Shown one piece after another: positions 1 through 12,415 of a stretch of DNA of 64,000 nt. The notes beneath the pieces are model-generated. The model made no database searches. It saw only the letters and a program-made list of their open reading frames with translations, and had not been told where the DNA came from. The translations under genes and the position numbers were made by a program. This stretch comes from Tubiluchus corallicola (Eukaryota > Animalia > Priapulida), in contig JAQGDQ010001074.1 of the NCBI GenBank assembly GCA_030141605.1, forward strand, positions 966 through 64,965, in the 5' to 3' direction. Within the stretch, counting starts at the first letter, position 1. Every line of letters begins with the position of its first letter.

Positions 1-1249
1 TCATTTTCTACATTACGAGTTTTTTTATAATTTCAAGCCATGTTTTTATTTTTGCCTAAACATTTGTCAAATAAAATAATTAAGCGTCGTGACACACTAA
101 TTGATTTTATTAATACCAGGTATATAGGATATTGTTTAACATGATAGGAAAATATAAGAAGCTAAGGAGTGATTTTTTTCTTTATAAGGCTCATTGAACA
201 TTCTATAAAGCACAAAAAGCACATTATATGCCAGGTTAACAGGTAACGCTTTGCTAATGAGGCGCATAACCCACCCTATTTTTACATTAATATTATGTTG
301 TACGATAATCATCAAATCTTCATTACTCTAACGGTAATTTCGACTGATTACCTGACTGACATTACATGAGCATTATGAGCACTCTTTATGCAAGGGCTCT
401 ATTTACTGCAAACTGTAACAGCTTGCCGTATGAGAATAGCAGTGATGCTAGTGACATACATTAATCTTGAAGAGGATGGAAGCTGTACTCAGGATTCAAG
501 GGCAGATGAATACAGATAATAAAATCTACTCTCTACGGATGCTCTTTACTTTCGACTAGAGCTCAATGAATAGAGATTCAAAGAAAGTTTGGGTAAGAAT
601 GCAAAAGTCCCAGGTATGACGGTACAGACAAATAGCTAACTGAAATTAAAAAAACTCTATTAATGTAAAATCCCGCAATTGAGAAAAAAGAAGGAAAAGG
701 AAGAAGAAAAGAAAAAAATCAACATTGAAAAGAGAGTCAGTGCAAAAAACAACCGAGCACAGAAAATCATTAAATGCAACTTTTTACTCACGACAGCATG
801 ATCACCGCTAAAGCACAAAATCTTCACCAATAGAACCGTGTAGCAACAACACCAATTAATTTTCAACTTTAAAAATTCAATTTATAAAAAACTTTATTTT
901 ATTAGATAGAAAGTAGAAGAAGAAAATTTACATATCGTTACGTCTAATTGGCTGTCAAGTTTTGTCAAACTATATTTGGACACTATATATTCACTACGTT
1001 TGGAAAATTCATTTAATTTGTTAGCTCTATCTAATTTACATTTAGCGATTTTTTTTCATTTGAGCTTTTGAAGTACCCACTTGGTACGTACCTAGTGTTT
1101 TGCTACTAAGTATTTACTGATAATTTGTGCTTTTTATTAGCTTTTTTCTTTCGTCTTAAGGTAGTTTACAGTGCTGGTCTGAAACATCGTTGGCATTTCG
1201 TTTTCATGAGGTTGTTTCTCTGTCAAATTGTTATGATTCTTGTCATTAA

Positions 1250-1854
1250 AGCCAGGGTTTCGCAGGGCAGCGACTTTTTTGCGAAGGCCGAAAAAAGTGC
1301 AACAGTCACCAAAAATTTCTCGCAACTCTGTGTTGTTGCCGATGTCGGGAGCCTGATTAATTTTTTCTATTAATGATTCTAATTAACTTTGCGTGTTTTT
1401 TGTCAATTTTTGCGGTTTTTGGGCTTTTCTCAGGCGAGAATGTCCAACGACGTGTTTGAGCCTGTTTAGCCACTTTTGCCTCACTTATGTGACAAGACAT
1501 GTGTTACACGGTATTCTCGGGAGCATATTGCGATTACTTTACGGTCATTGCGAGGTTCTACGAAATGCCGCCAAAATGTTGAGACGCAACTAATTAACCC
1601 TCAATATTCTGAAACGCACCTCAAAACGTTCTTCTAGTTTTTGCAGATTTTGGCGAGGTGGCGAGTTTTACGACTCCGACGACAAGCTTTAAACATTTTG
1701 AAATTTTCCGGCGAAGCCAGCGACATTTTGGCGATAATGGCGAACACCGAAAATGTTTTACGTCTATTTGGTTTGGGAAACTTTTGGAGTTTATTTAGTA
1801 ATTATTGTACTTTCGAATACCCGCCGAAGTCGAGAACTCTGTGAAACTCTGGCT
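1250..1854. mobile_element. PIF/Harbinger-like MITE (non-autonomous DNA transposon)
   Basis: Termini AGCCAGGGTTTCGC (1250) and GTGAAACTCTGGCT (1841-1854) are imperfect inverted repeats, flanked on both sides by TAA (1247-1249, 1855-1857). The interior is GC-richer than the flanks. Related pieces occur at 27338, 29090-29414 and 41660-42018. Confidence 0.75.
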
Positions 1855-3453
1855 TAAGAATTACTTACGTGATGTAGAGCGTTGTATAGCAAACGTGCAG
1901 CTGGTGAGCAGTGTTTTGTGAATAATTACCCAAGAGAATCGAGCAAGGATGTCATTCAGTGACATCATGTGTCTTAGTAATGCGCTACGTGTATGATTAA
2001 TAGTAATATTCGTTCATTATGAAAATTTTCTAGTATTTTTCTTTATCTCCTGATGCACTTTCAAGCATCGTTATCGTAAGTATATCTCTACGTGTTAGAG
2101 CTTTGCTAGTTACAGACAAATCGACTTAAGAAGACATAATCCCAGAAACTCGCAAATTACAGAAGTAATTGGAATAAGGAATAATAATAATTTTACGTCA
2201 GCACTAACGTTTTTCAGAATGTACCAACAACAGAGTCTACTGGTAATTTTAAATAGTAATGAAGCGTATACTCTATATTGTGCAATACTGTATGTTTCAT
2301 TATGTTTTATAAGGCAGTAACTTTTTAAATATGTAATAAAATTCTGTATGTTTTTATCGTAATTTTTATGTTGTAGTCTAAAAATTTTAGATTTAATTGT
2401 TATGTAATCTTACGGGACATGTCCTTAAAGAATAAATGATATCTAACTTAAAAATAAACAATACCACTAAATGAATAACTAGTAATACAACCAATCACGC
2501 AACTAGAAAAATGAGCAACCAAACAACAAACCAACCACCCATCTAGTGCACCGACAAGCCAGCAAAATAAGCAATCAAACAATTGTATCAAACGAACAAG
2601 CAAATACATAAACAAACAAAACGAGCGACAGACAGACAAGAGAAAGACAAATAAACCAACATATAAAAGAAAATCCTCCACTTACATGAAGCTTAAAAAA
2701 TTCGTCTTGAAATTTTATACCACTTATATACTACCTCTTTGCATATTAGACTTGCAATAAGATTGTATAAAACATGTAAATTTAAACTCCGGCGATGACC
2801 GTTAGACGCAGAAGAAATAGTCAGGGTATTTGCAGCGTACACGTCACTAAATAAATAAAATCTAAAATCACTGTACCTTGACAATAAGATTAAAAATACG
2901 TTTTTGGTTAGTGAGTGGTGCACCCTAGAGGGTGAGTCAGCGACATTTTACCAATTGGTGAAAGCGTTGTAAATAATTAATAATTTTTTTACTAGTTACG
3001 TAAATTTTTCAAGTAGGTAAGCGAAATGCTAAGCAACATAAGTTTGAATGGAAAGTTTTTTGGGTCATAGTTTAACATTTACTTTTCTTCCCATGATTTA
3101 CGTTGTGCGTAAATGACTTTTTGTAATGGCGCCGTCGGAACAGAGCGGCGGGAAATTTAAAACGAAAACAAACAAGAAATACCTTCAGTGCGAGTACGAT
3201 ATACGCATAAAAACTGCTATAAAGTAATATAATTTTAAGGCGATTTTTCTGAAACCTACTTTTCTTGTCCTTTAAGTCACTTCCACTTTTAATTTAATAA
3301 ATGCCATGATTCTCTACAAAACTACAAGCGTTCGCTTGCTGAACAATAATAGGCAGGTTTAATAAAGTGAAAACGCGGGTAAAGATGTTAGTAACATGAA
3401 TCGAACAAAAATTATCTCACTTTTTAGTAATTGTGATTTTGTTTCTTCCACAG

Positions 3454-6325
3454 GCTTTTTATTGGCTCGCCCGATTTACTGGCAGTGTTCAAGAACAAGT
3501 TTAAGAATGTGCCAATAGAGCAGCTAGCAGCCAGTCCAGAACTGGAGAACCATGCCAGTATGGTTATGTCTACAATAGATGAAGCGATCCATTCTCTCAG
3601 CAACCTGGTCTTCTTCTTTGAGTTGTTGATCACCATCGGTGTGACCCATCAGGACATTGCCGGTTTTAAAGTGGAATATTTTTGGGTAAGTCATCATATG
3701 TCGAATTTCAGCAAGATTCTTATAGTTAAAATTCCTTGGGGATCCAGAGGGAAAAAGCCTTCCCTAGTTTTAATGTAAACTATGTAAATGGTGGAAGTTT
3801 CTACGTGGCTTTTACACAGGTAGCCCAGCGACCCCCCCCCCCCCCATAGCTAAACAATTCACACTCGCAGTAGTTGATAATATAATGCATGTTAGCCGTC
3901 CTAAGTTATCAGCAAAAACGTAACACACAGTGTGACGTTAAGTGAAAAAAGTGTCAATATTGACTGTTTGATTGGTCAGTGGTTAGGTTTATTAAGGTAG
4001 AAAAAGTAATAAGTGGGTGCCTTTAGGTCTGTCGGTTACGAACAATCGCCTGATTGGCCCTACTGTTGTCACTGGTCATTCAATTCAGCAATTATTAGTT
4101 TGTTCCTTTTCTTGTTAATTAGTTAGTTGATCGATTTGGTCGATGCAAAGACACAACATTTTATAGTACGCCAGTTAAAAGCTCGTAGCTTACTATTTTT
4201 CTTTATACAATAGGCCTTATGACCTACAAACCTGTTATAATCGCAACTAACTTTCACAAATAAATAGTGTAGAGTCTAGACAACTGCCTGGTTGCACTAG
4301 ACATCCAAGAAAAAGCTAAGACTAAAGCTTAGTTGTATATATATATATATATATATAACAATACCTAGTATCGCAAGTCATAGGCTGAATTAGCTGCTAT
4401 GGCCTACATGCAGGACTGGTTTCACATATAATAATCTGCTCTGTCCACATACTTTGTCTTCAGTGAATTTTAATTTTATACGTTTCTTTCATTTGCAAGA
4501 GCGATCCGCTATAACTTACTCCTCAATGGACGAAAAGCATTCCAAAATCAGACTTAAATCAATTTTTATCAAAATTATCTTATCTTATAATAATTATTAT
4601 TTTATCTTGTAATAATTATTGTAACGAATAGGCTGTGACACTAAAAAAGATAGAAATTATTGTTTTTAACAAAGCAGGCAGAATTCTAAAAGACTTAAAC
4701 GTTATCTATGAATCTGATTAGCTCAAAATAGTCCAATCTTATAAATACTTAGGGGTTGAATTCTTTGCGTCTGGTGTTTTCAGGCAAAGCTGTGCCAAAC
4801 TAAAAAACAAAGGCCTAAAAGGTTTTTGCTGCATGACAAAGTACATCTCAAACTCCGCAAACCCCACACGCTATTATCAAATTGTTTGGACATACTGTAG
4901 AACCTATCATGCTATATGGCTCTAGCATTATTAAACTTAAAAACAATTCCCCGCATAGTCAAACTAAATTTGACAGTGTGGCAAGCGAAGAGGCCAATAT
5001 TAAATTATACAGATTTCTTTTGAATGTCAATAACAAATCAAACAAATATGCGACTAGGGCAGAACTGGGCCGTTTCCCTATTTTTATTAAAATAATTAAG
5101 GAAAAAATCCGCTACTGGATACATGTTATTAGCCAGCCTTATGATGGTTATTTATGCCAAGCTTATAGCGAAAACCGAAACTTAACTGAGAACTGTTAGT
5201 TGAGCTACTTTTGTTAAGTATATATTATGTATAAATGGCTTTGAACATGTTTGGAATAACCAGACAACGTTTTCACCTAAGCGACTACTTCATAAATTAG
5301 AAGAAAAAATAAAAACTGATTATACTCTGTTTTGGAAAGAAGAAATCCATAATTATAACAAACCTGACGGACAAAACAAACTGCGAACGTATCGAACCTT
5401 CAAAAAACAATATCAACTTTGTGGTTATTCCAAATATGCTATAACAAAATTTACAAAACTAGAATCAGCTCTCATACTTTGTTTTTGAAAGAGGGAGGTG
5501 TGTTGAATCTAGAAAAATCCCAGCTGAGAATCGTATATGCTCATGCTGTTTAAGAAATGAAATCGAAAACGAATTACACTTTGTTATAAAATGCCCATAC
5601 TACAATGATCTTAGAGAAAAATTATATGAGCACATCAATGTAATTATTCCAGAATGTTTCCTTATGAGCGATGCTGATAAATTTAGATTTAGAGTAATGA
5701 TTTAGAAGTAATTAAGGCATTTATTAATTATGTTGAAAAAGCTTTTTAAGACATGATGGAAAATATACTATGTTATGATCATATCATTGAAAAAGAAGCC
5801 TAATGAATGACAATTTATTTTAAATACTAATCATTAAACTTTTCATTAAATAACTAATATACCTAACAGGAAGATTTAACAATATTTGCCTGTATTATTA
5901 TAGTGTCATTATATTTCATAATTGAAATTATATATGTCTCGTTTTTTTATTTCAAAATTGATATTGTATGCATGTCTTGTATGTATTTTTGACACTAATA
6001 AATAAATATCTAAATATGTGCTAAAGAAACTAATAAGTCTATAGAGTTTTTGAAAGCCGTGCGTGCGATGAACTGCACTGATACATGTACAATTAATTTA
6101 GAAACTAAATGTTGTTTATTTATCTAATCAGGCTAGGACAAATTTTATTTTTAGAGTGGCGTAAAATTTTGGTTGTTTTTCTTTCAGCGCATAGAAGAAC
6201 CATTTTTGGAAGCCGTGAAGGAGACATTGGGAGAGCGTTACACGCCAAACATGGAAAATATTTACCGAATAACCATCCATTTTATTCTGGAAACGCTCGT
6301 AAAAGGCTACCATAATAAACATTAG
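3454..6325 (+). CDS. Globin, globin-X-like/neuroglobin-like; 5'-partial (last two coding exons 3454-3685 and 6188-6325)
   Basis: Exon 3454-3685 (cag|G...TGG|gtaag) gives LFIGSPDLLAVFKNKF...LENHASMVMSTIDEAI...IGVTHQDIAGFKVEYFW, with CD1 Phe, distal His E7 and proximal His F8. Exon 6188-6325 gives RIEEPFLEAVKETLGERYTPNMENIYRITIHFILETLVKGYHNKH*. Intron phases 2 and 0 fit the canonical globin B12.2 and G7.0 positions. The N-terminal exon was not found in the window. Confidence 0.9.
4640..5750 (+). mobile_element. Degenerate non-LTR retrotransposon (LINE) ORF2 3' part in the globin intron
   Basis: Frameshifted motifs YKYLGVEF, VEPIMLYGS, AELGRFPI, NKLRTYRTFK, LRISSH and the C-terminal CxxC...HFVIKCP zinc-knuckle-like motif, followed by an AT-rich tail. 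Confidence 0.85.
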
Positions 6326-6755
6326 CCAGAACTTACACTGCTGACCAATGGAATTGTTTGAAACACTGATTTTCCCACGTCGACATAATTGTGGTCTTTC
6401 CTAACGTGTAATCGTAAGTGTATTGCGGGTAACGCTGGCTCCAAGAAAAAAGGAATTTTTTTTAATTTTATCTACCTATTTGTCTCTATTTAATAGAAAC
6501 TTCTTACTTTCACTGTATGTTGACGTTTTATAAAAAGTTAGTTATGGTAAATTAAAGCAGCGTTGTGCTGTTTATTTATAAACGCAACTAGTGCAGACCC
6601 CACATGCAAGTAAAGTAAATTATGTTTGTTTCAATTACATTAAGAAATTGCAAAGTAAAATCTGTAAAAATATGAAGGATTCAGACTGTAAATATTTAGA
6701 ACTATATGCAGCATGTTTTTACAGCAAAGTTAGCAGACCGGATTTTAAAGTGTAA

Positions 6756-6948
6756 TGGCGCGTTCAGACGTGGAGAGGTTTCTCGCAATTTGTTGCGCAA
6801 CTTTTCTCTGAGGGTGCGTTCAGACATATAGAGCTCTCTCGCAATTTGTTGCGCAACTTCTTTCTGAGAGCAAACTCGTAGGAATGAACGGCTTGGCAAC
6901 TTCTTGCACAACAAGTTACGAGAGAAGTCTCTTTGTCTAAACGCGTCA
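6756..6948. mobile_element. Small Harbinger-like MITE with an internal duplication
   Basis: Terminal inverted repeats TGGCGCGTTCAGAC and GTCTAAACGCGTCA, with TAA on both sides. The first ~55 bp are duplicated in tandem (GCGTTCAGAC...TCTCGCAATTTGTTGCGCAACTT twice). Confidence 0.7.
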
Positions 6949-9356
6949 TAAGAGAAAAATGGTGTAGATCTTCTTGCATGAAACAGAATTTACTATTATT
7001 GTGTTTCTATTGGAAACTCCCTTATACTCAAAGTACCATACGTGCTACTATATAGTACACCATGATGTCCACTATACTTTTACCTATTGCAACAGTATCT
7101 CACTGAATTCTTTAGTAAGAATAGTAATAGTAATAGTAAGATTCAATAGCCTATGGCTATAATGTACGAGCAAAAAGAATTTAACAACATCGAGATCATA
7201 AACATGCAATTAGTTTCATAATAAATTCGTATAATAATTTCCTTATAGATGGCAGCACAGTAATAGACCAGTAGTGGCCAGCGTAAAAAATATATAACAA
7301 AAATCAATTAAAATCAATTGTTAGCACTAAATAACAATAACAAATGCAGACAAAGTTGTACTGTACAGTTACTACAAGACGATATGGTTTATATGTTTTA
7401 TATGTAAGTGTATATGAACGTAAACAAAGTGAACAGTGCATGTATAATTATATTATTCTATATTCGCTCGTTCCTGTAAATGCCCAGGCATTCAGCTTTT
7501 CTCGACAGGCGTGTAACTACGATAAATGCTGATTGCTGAATCGTGAAAAAGGGACACGTTCCTAGTTATGAATCTGGTTAATTAATTTATCCTTTTATGA
7601 ACAGAAGCATAATTGCGGCACGAAACATACCGCTAAATGTATTACTAGAAAATGTAGCATTAGGTCTTATGGCTTACATGCTACATGTGATCACCAATGC
7701 TCTACGTTGAAAATTTGTAAAATTAGCTAAAAGGAAAATTTATTAAGACTTTTATTTCTGACAGATTGAATTTACAGGCTTTCCAGGCTTGTGTTTATTA
7801 TCTGGATATCTTTATAACAAAACTATTCAAGGAGCCTGGCGGCAGCTTTTACGTTTAAAAATATTAATTATTAATAATAACGAATTATTATTACTCCTGT
7901 GACTCGCTGCGTTAGAATTTAAAGCTGTAGCTACACTACTTTTAAGCTGTTAATTCAGTGTTTTGTTAACAAAGTCTCACTATAGGAACAGTTATAAAAC
8001 ATGTGAACGAAGGTTTTACATTGCGAGATAAATCAGTAGTAATCAGTTTGCTGTAATGTCATCACAATTAACTGCCCCCTAAATACATATTAGTCTACAA
8101 TGTTTAAAGCTAGTTTCATAAAATACTAATATCCATATAACTTAAGGCCATGTACTAATACCCATATATCTCTTTTCCCATTTTTGTACAGCGCTACTAA
8201 CTATCTTATATTTTATTTTAGTTGTTTAGCACTTTCATGTATTGATTGCCTGTGGATATTTCTGAATAGAAATTGTTTTCTTCTTTTTTCTATTGTAATG
8301 TCACAGGTCGCATTTGTGCTGTATTAAATGGCAATAAACAAATAAACATATCCAGTCTTGTTGGTCATCAGTAATCAAAGATTTCGATACTCGCAAGTTG
8401 CGCTGACAAGCCACTGGCATAGCAATAACTAGTTTTTTGCCGGACTACTGCTGTGTTACCTGTCTTGAGAGCAGGTTTCTTCTTAGAAGTCTGCCTGCCC
8501 AATGTCTACAATAGATGTAGTGCGCATGATAATGATGATAACAGACGCATTGGGCAAATGGTGATGATGATTTCTAACCATCACTGCTTGTTGTGCGTTA
8601 GCGCTTAAATATTTTACAAGAACAGCTTGTGGTTTGTAAATCGAAGATTCACAAGTTTCCCAGTTTGATTAAAATTCACAAATCTCCCCTGATTTCCGTG
8701 AAGTATAGTGCTAATAACTAAATCTGGGGAAAATACCAAGTGCCATAGGTACTAATTTAATTTCTCAAAAAAAGAATATAAATTTAATTTTCTAATGCTG
8801 AAAATTACAGACTGTAGTCGATTGTTTATCACAATGAAGTTTATTAGCACAGTATTCTGAATTATATTACCAAGTCCAAACATCCCAAGTGAAACAACAA
8901 GAGATACGCAGTCTATCATGTTTCTGTATGATAATGTTATTGTTGCCGGCCCTATCACCGTCACCACCACAGCAACGTTGATAACAAAATAAATATAAAA
9001 AAATTATTAGTCCAGTAATCTGATTCGCGTTTTTTTTTGCAGAAAAGTAAGTCTAAATTGTGTTCATTGTCTGCAACCAGTCCGATGTAAAAATTTTACG
9101 TAATTCTCAATGTGTACGTGACCTTGAGCTATGTTTACTACTAGCTAGGATGTTTACTTCCAGTGAGCATAGAAAGTATTTTCCTGTTATGCGGCACTGA
9201 AAACGTAATCTTGTTCGATTTTGCTAATGTAATAGGATTTACTTTGCGACTTAATGACATCGATATCTAAAAATATACTATTTAGGGCAGCTACCACAGC
9301 AACACTTATGCAAGCGATATTAAAAATTTCCACTTAAGCGTCGATATCTAAAAATA

Positions 9357-10098
9357 AGGATAAAATGAGCTAATGTCGGACAATAATGGGTTTTTTATGT
9401 TTCTATCTATATTTTTATAATTTTCTTTGGATAATGCCTAATAAATTAAAGCTATGCTGTTAAATAATCGGGAAATACAGAAAAGGGGTCGTCATTTCAA
9501 AGAGTGTGGTAACGTCGGACACTTGCAGGTAATATGAAGGACTGTTCGGCAGGGTAACATCGGGCGTAATTAAGAGCAAGCGAATAACTTTGTGGTTATG
9601 ATGCTTAAATTCTTTTAAATGGTTTGCAACAGTGACGACATGGGAGAATTGTTACAGAATAGAATAGGCACAGGCACAGGCCAATAGCCTCACAGATATT
9701 TGCTCCGTGTTATTCATTTGTGAATAATATTAATTGATGGCAGATTGCATCCAATAGTAGCTCTACTGCTGAAGTTTTACTCTCTTATTCTTTAAGTTTT
9801 TTTATATTTGCACCATTATTTTAAGTCGGTTCGATAAAAAATACAATTGTCCGACATTAGCCTAGGCCTTCCGGGTAAAGTCAGACACTGCTGCAGTGAA
9901 AAGGTACTCAACGAGCGAGCTTGTATATTCACGACCATACGGCTGCCAGAAGACGAACTACTAGACTATGGTGAAAATGCCAGTCTAAAGACGTGACGTG
10001 GCAGTACTAACAATGAAAGAAAAAACAACATCTAGGTAATTTAATGGGTTTTAGGAAAACGTAAAGCTCACTGTCCGACATTTGCCCATTTTATCCCC
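9357..10098. mobile_element. Non-autonomous DNA transposon with TA target duplication (Tc1/mariner/pogo-like)
   Basis: Terminal inverted repeats AGGATAAAATGAGCTAATGTCGGACA and TGTCCGACATTTGCCCATTTTATCCCC, with TA on both sides and additional internal GTCGGAC/GTCCGAC motifs. Confidence 0.75.
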
Positions 10099-11526
10099 TA
10101 TTTAGGGCAGCTACCACAGCAACACTTATGCAAACGATTTTTAAAATTTAAATTCAAACATCGCTTTTAGTTAACATTTTTTAATTTTTCTTGTAAAATG
10201 TTGTCTGCTAAAGCAAATAAGTGTTTCAAAATAATTCTTAGAGTATTATAATTTGAGATTGTTATAGCCAAGTGAAACGTATAAACGGAAACACTCTTCT
10301 TACTGATTGTTTCACTATAACATTATTTTGTAAGAAAATGCTGAAAATTATTGACTCTTTGTGCAAGGGTTAATTTTATTTATTGCCTGTACCAAAAAAT
10401 ATAAGGCTTTGCCGTAACAAAGCCGGTACGCAATGGCTTCGTAATGGTTCGAACCATCACATTGAAAAGGTGGGGAGTGAAACAAAATTGCATTTAGACT
10501 TGGCAACACTATCTTTCCCAACAAAGGCTGGTGCAAAGGCAGACTGGATTCTGCGCATTTTGTTCATGACTTTGTAATACCTCTTTAATTTAGCAATACG
10601 AAATCAAGGGGGAAATTTTGCCCGCTCCAGCAAACATGGTTATACCTTCAACTCGTTGATTCAGCAATACGTGAGTTCCGGTGATTTTACTTGATCGAGC
10701 AAACGGAGAACACCTTCAATTGATTGTCATTCGGGTAATACGTCATTTCCGGGAATTTTTCCCTGCTGAGCAGAAGTTCAGTCATTCAGTCAGAATCAAC
10801 AAAACGTCATTCACTGTCACTCAGCAATATATAATTATTACCTATTTTTAGAAGGTAGCTATCATATTTCAGGGTGACACACCATAGTTTAACTCCCAAG
10901 TCACCCTATCTTAGGCCAGCGGAGACTCAACAGGTTTATATCTTTTCTTTTTCTGTCCTTTAACTTGCTGTGGTTATGACGGACATGTGAATATATACCA
11001 TGTAAAGAAGTGAAAAATTCATCAACACAAAGGAAGTCAAAGCTCAACACAGTCACCTTCAGACCAGACGTACTAGATGAACATAATATGTATGGGTCGT
11101 TAAGGAATTCAAAGAACTCAAATAAACAATAAGCGTTTTAAAAATGTAAGAACGCAGAACAATATCACATTCAAAGTGGAGGTGACAGTTCTCGAAAAAA
11201 GGCAAATATCCGGGCAGCTTGTTAGACACTGAGCTGTCAATAACCTCGTTGTAGATTAAGCCGAAGGCCCTTGGTTCGAACTCAGGCTGTACCCAACTTT
11301 CGAGTTTGGTATCGAATTTAATTCATTTAGGTAATTAATGATAGTCATTACATTAAGATTATAATAGACTTTGAGAAAACCTGTAACAATCTGAAAAACT
11401 TTTGTAAGAGAAAGGAAAAAAACGAAAATAGTAAAGGGACAGTGACATTGCGTCAGGCGATAACAAAAATGGTTGTTTAAATGAATAAGGAAATTCGCTT
11501 GCGGAAACCTCATATGAGTAACCAAA

Positions 11527-11536
11527 GGGGTTCCCC
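11527..11536. promoter_or_regulatory. kappaB-like site GGGGTTCCCC, copy 1
   Basis: Matches the GGGRNNYYCC consensus, ~0.9 kb upstream of a TNF-ligand ATG. Confidence 0.45.
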
Positions 11537-11941
11537 GTGATATTTACACAAGATGCGCAACTGAATCACTTGGCAAGCAAGGGCATAAAATTTCAACAAC
11601 CGCTCTAATGTTAAACATGTTGATTGAAGACAATCTAAAATAGTTCTTAATCGTTGTAGATTAAGCCGAAGGCCCTTGGTTCGAACTCAGGCTGTACCCA
11701 ACTTTCCACACTTTCGAGTTTGATATCGAATTTAATTAATTTTAGGTAATTAATGATAGTCATTACATTAAGATTATAATTGACTTTGAGAAAACCTGTA
11801 ACAATCTGAAAAACTTTTGTAAGAGAAAGTAAAAAAACGAAAATAGTAAAGGGACAGTGACATTGCGTCAGGCGATAACAAAAATGGTTGTTTAAATGAA
11901 TAAGGAAATTCGCTTGCGGAAACCTCATATGAGTAAACAAA

Positions 11942-11951
11942 GGGGTTCCCC
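11942..11951. promoter_or_regulatory. kappaB-like site GGGGTTCCCC, copy 2
   Basis: Same motif in the second duplicated unit, ~470 bp upstream of the ATG at 12416. Confidence 0.45.
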
Positions 11952-12209
11952 GTGATATTTACACAAGATGCGCAGCTGAATCACTTGGCAAACAAGGCCA
12001 TAAAATTTCAACAACCGCTCTAATGTTAAACATGTTGATTGAAGGCAATCTAAAATAGTTCTTAAACACACTATGAAACATTAAAATATCAGGCTTGTGC
12101 ATCTTCTAAGCAATATTAATGGTTTTATTGATTCATCACGGACACTTTCTCAAGTTCCTGGAATTATTTTAGCACGTGATTATGTTTATATGTTATAAAT
12201 ATATAAACC

Positions 12210-12352
12210 TGAGTCAGTAATCACCAACTGCGCATGCGCACAAAATTAACTTTTGGTCACAAACAATAGAAATCGTTTGGTAATAGGAAAAAATATTCAT
12301 TGCGTCAAGTAGGTGACATCATCACCCTCCCACATTTGAAAGCCTATATAAG
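12210..12352 (+). promoter_or_regulatory. Proximal promoter of TNF ligand A (AP-1 site, NRF1-type site, TATA box)
   Basis: TGAGTCA at 12210-12216, TGCGCATGCGCA at 12229-12240, a TGACATCATCACCCTCCCACATTTG block and TATATAAG at 12345-12352. The last three recur in the same order upstream of paralog B. Confidence 0.6.
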
Positions 12353-12415
12353 ACAATATGATTGCGGATCTTTTCCAAATAAAACTACGTTTTAGCTCAT
12401 TTATACCTTTAAACG

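Larger units (their letters stand above)
11246..12065 (+). repeat. Tandem duplication of a ~405-415 bp unit (11246-11650 and 11651-12065)
   Basis: Two near-identical units each begin TCGTTGTAGATTAAGCCGAAGG and end AAAATAGTTCTTAA. They differ by a few substitutions and a small indel. Confidence 0.95.

Noticed and set aside
1-3453. First coding exon of the globin
   Set aside because: No A/B-helix-like peptide ending in a phase-2 donor was found; it probably lies upstream of the window.
11255-11295. tRNA-like T-arm (GGTTCGAACTC) at the start of the duplicated unit
   Set aside because: No complete cloverleaf or acceptor stem could be built; at most a tRNA-derived SINE remnant.
11256-11940. Duplicated 89-aa and 97-aa minus-strand ORFs
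   Set aside because: They arise from the tandem duplication, have non-ATG starts and show no domain or splice support.
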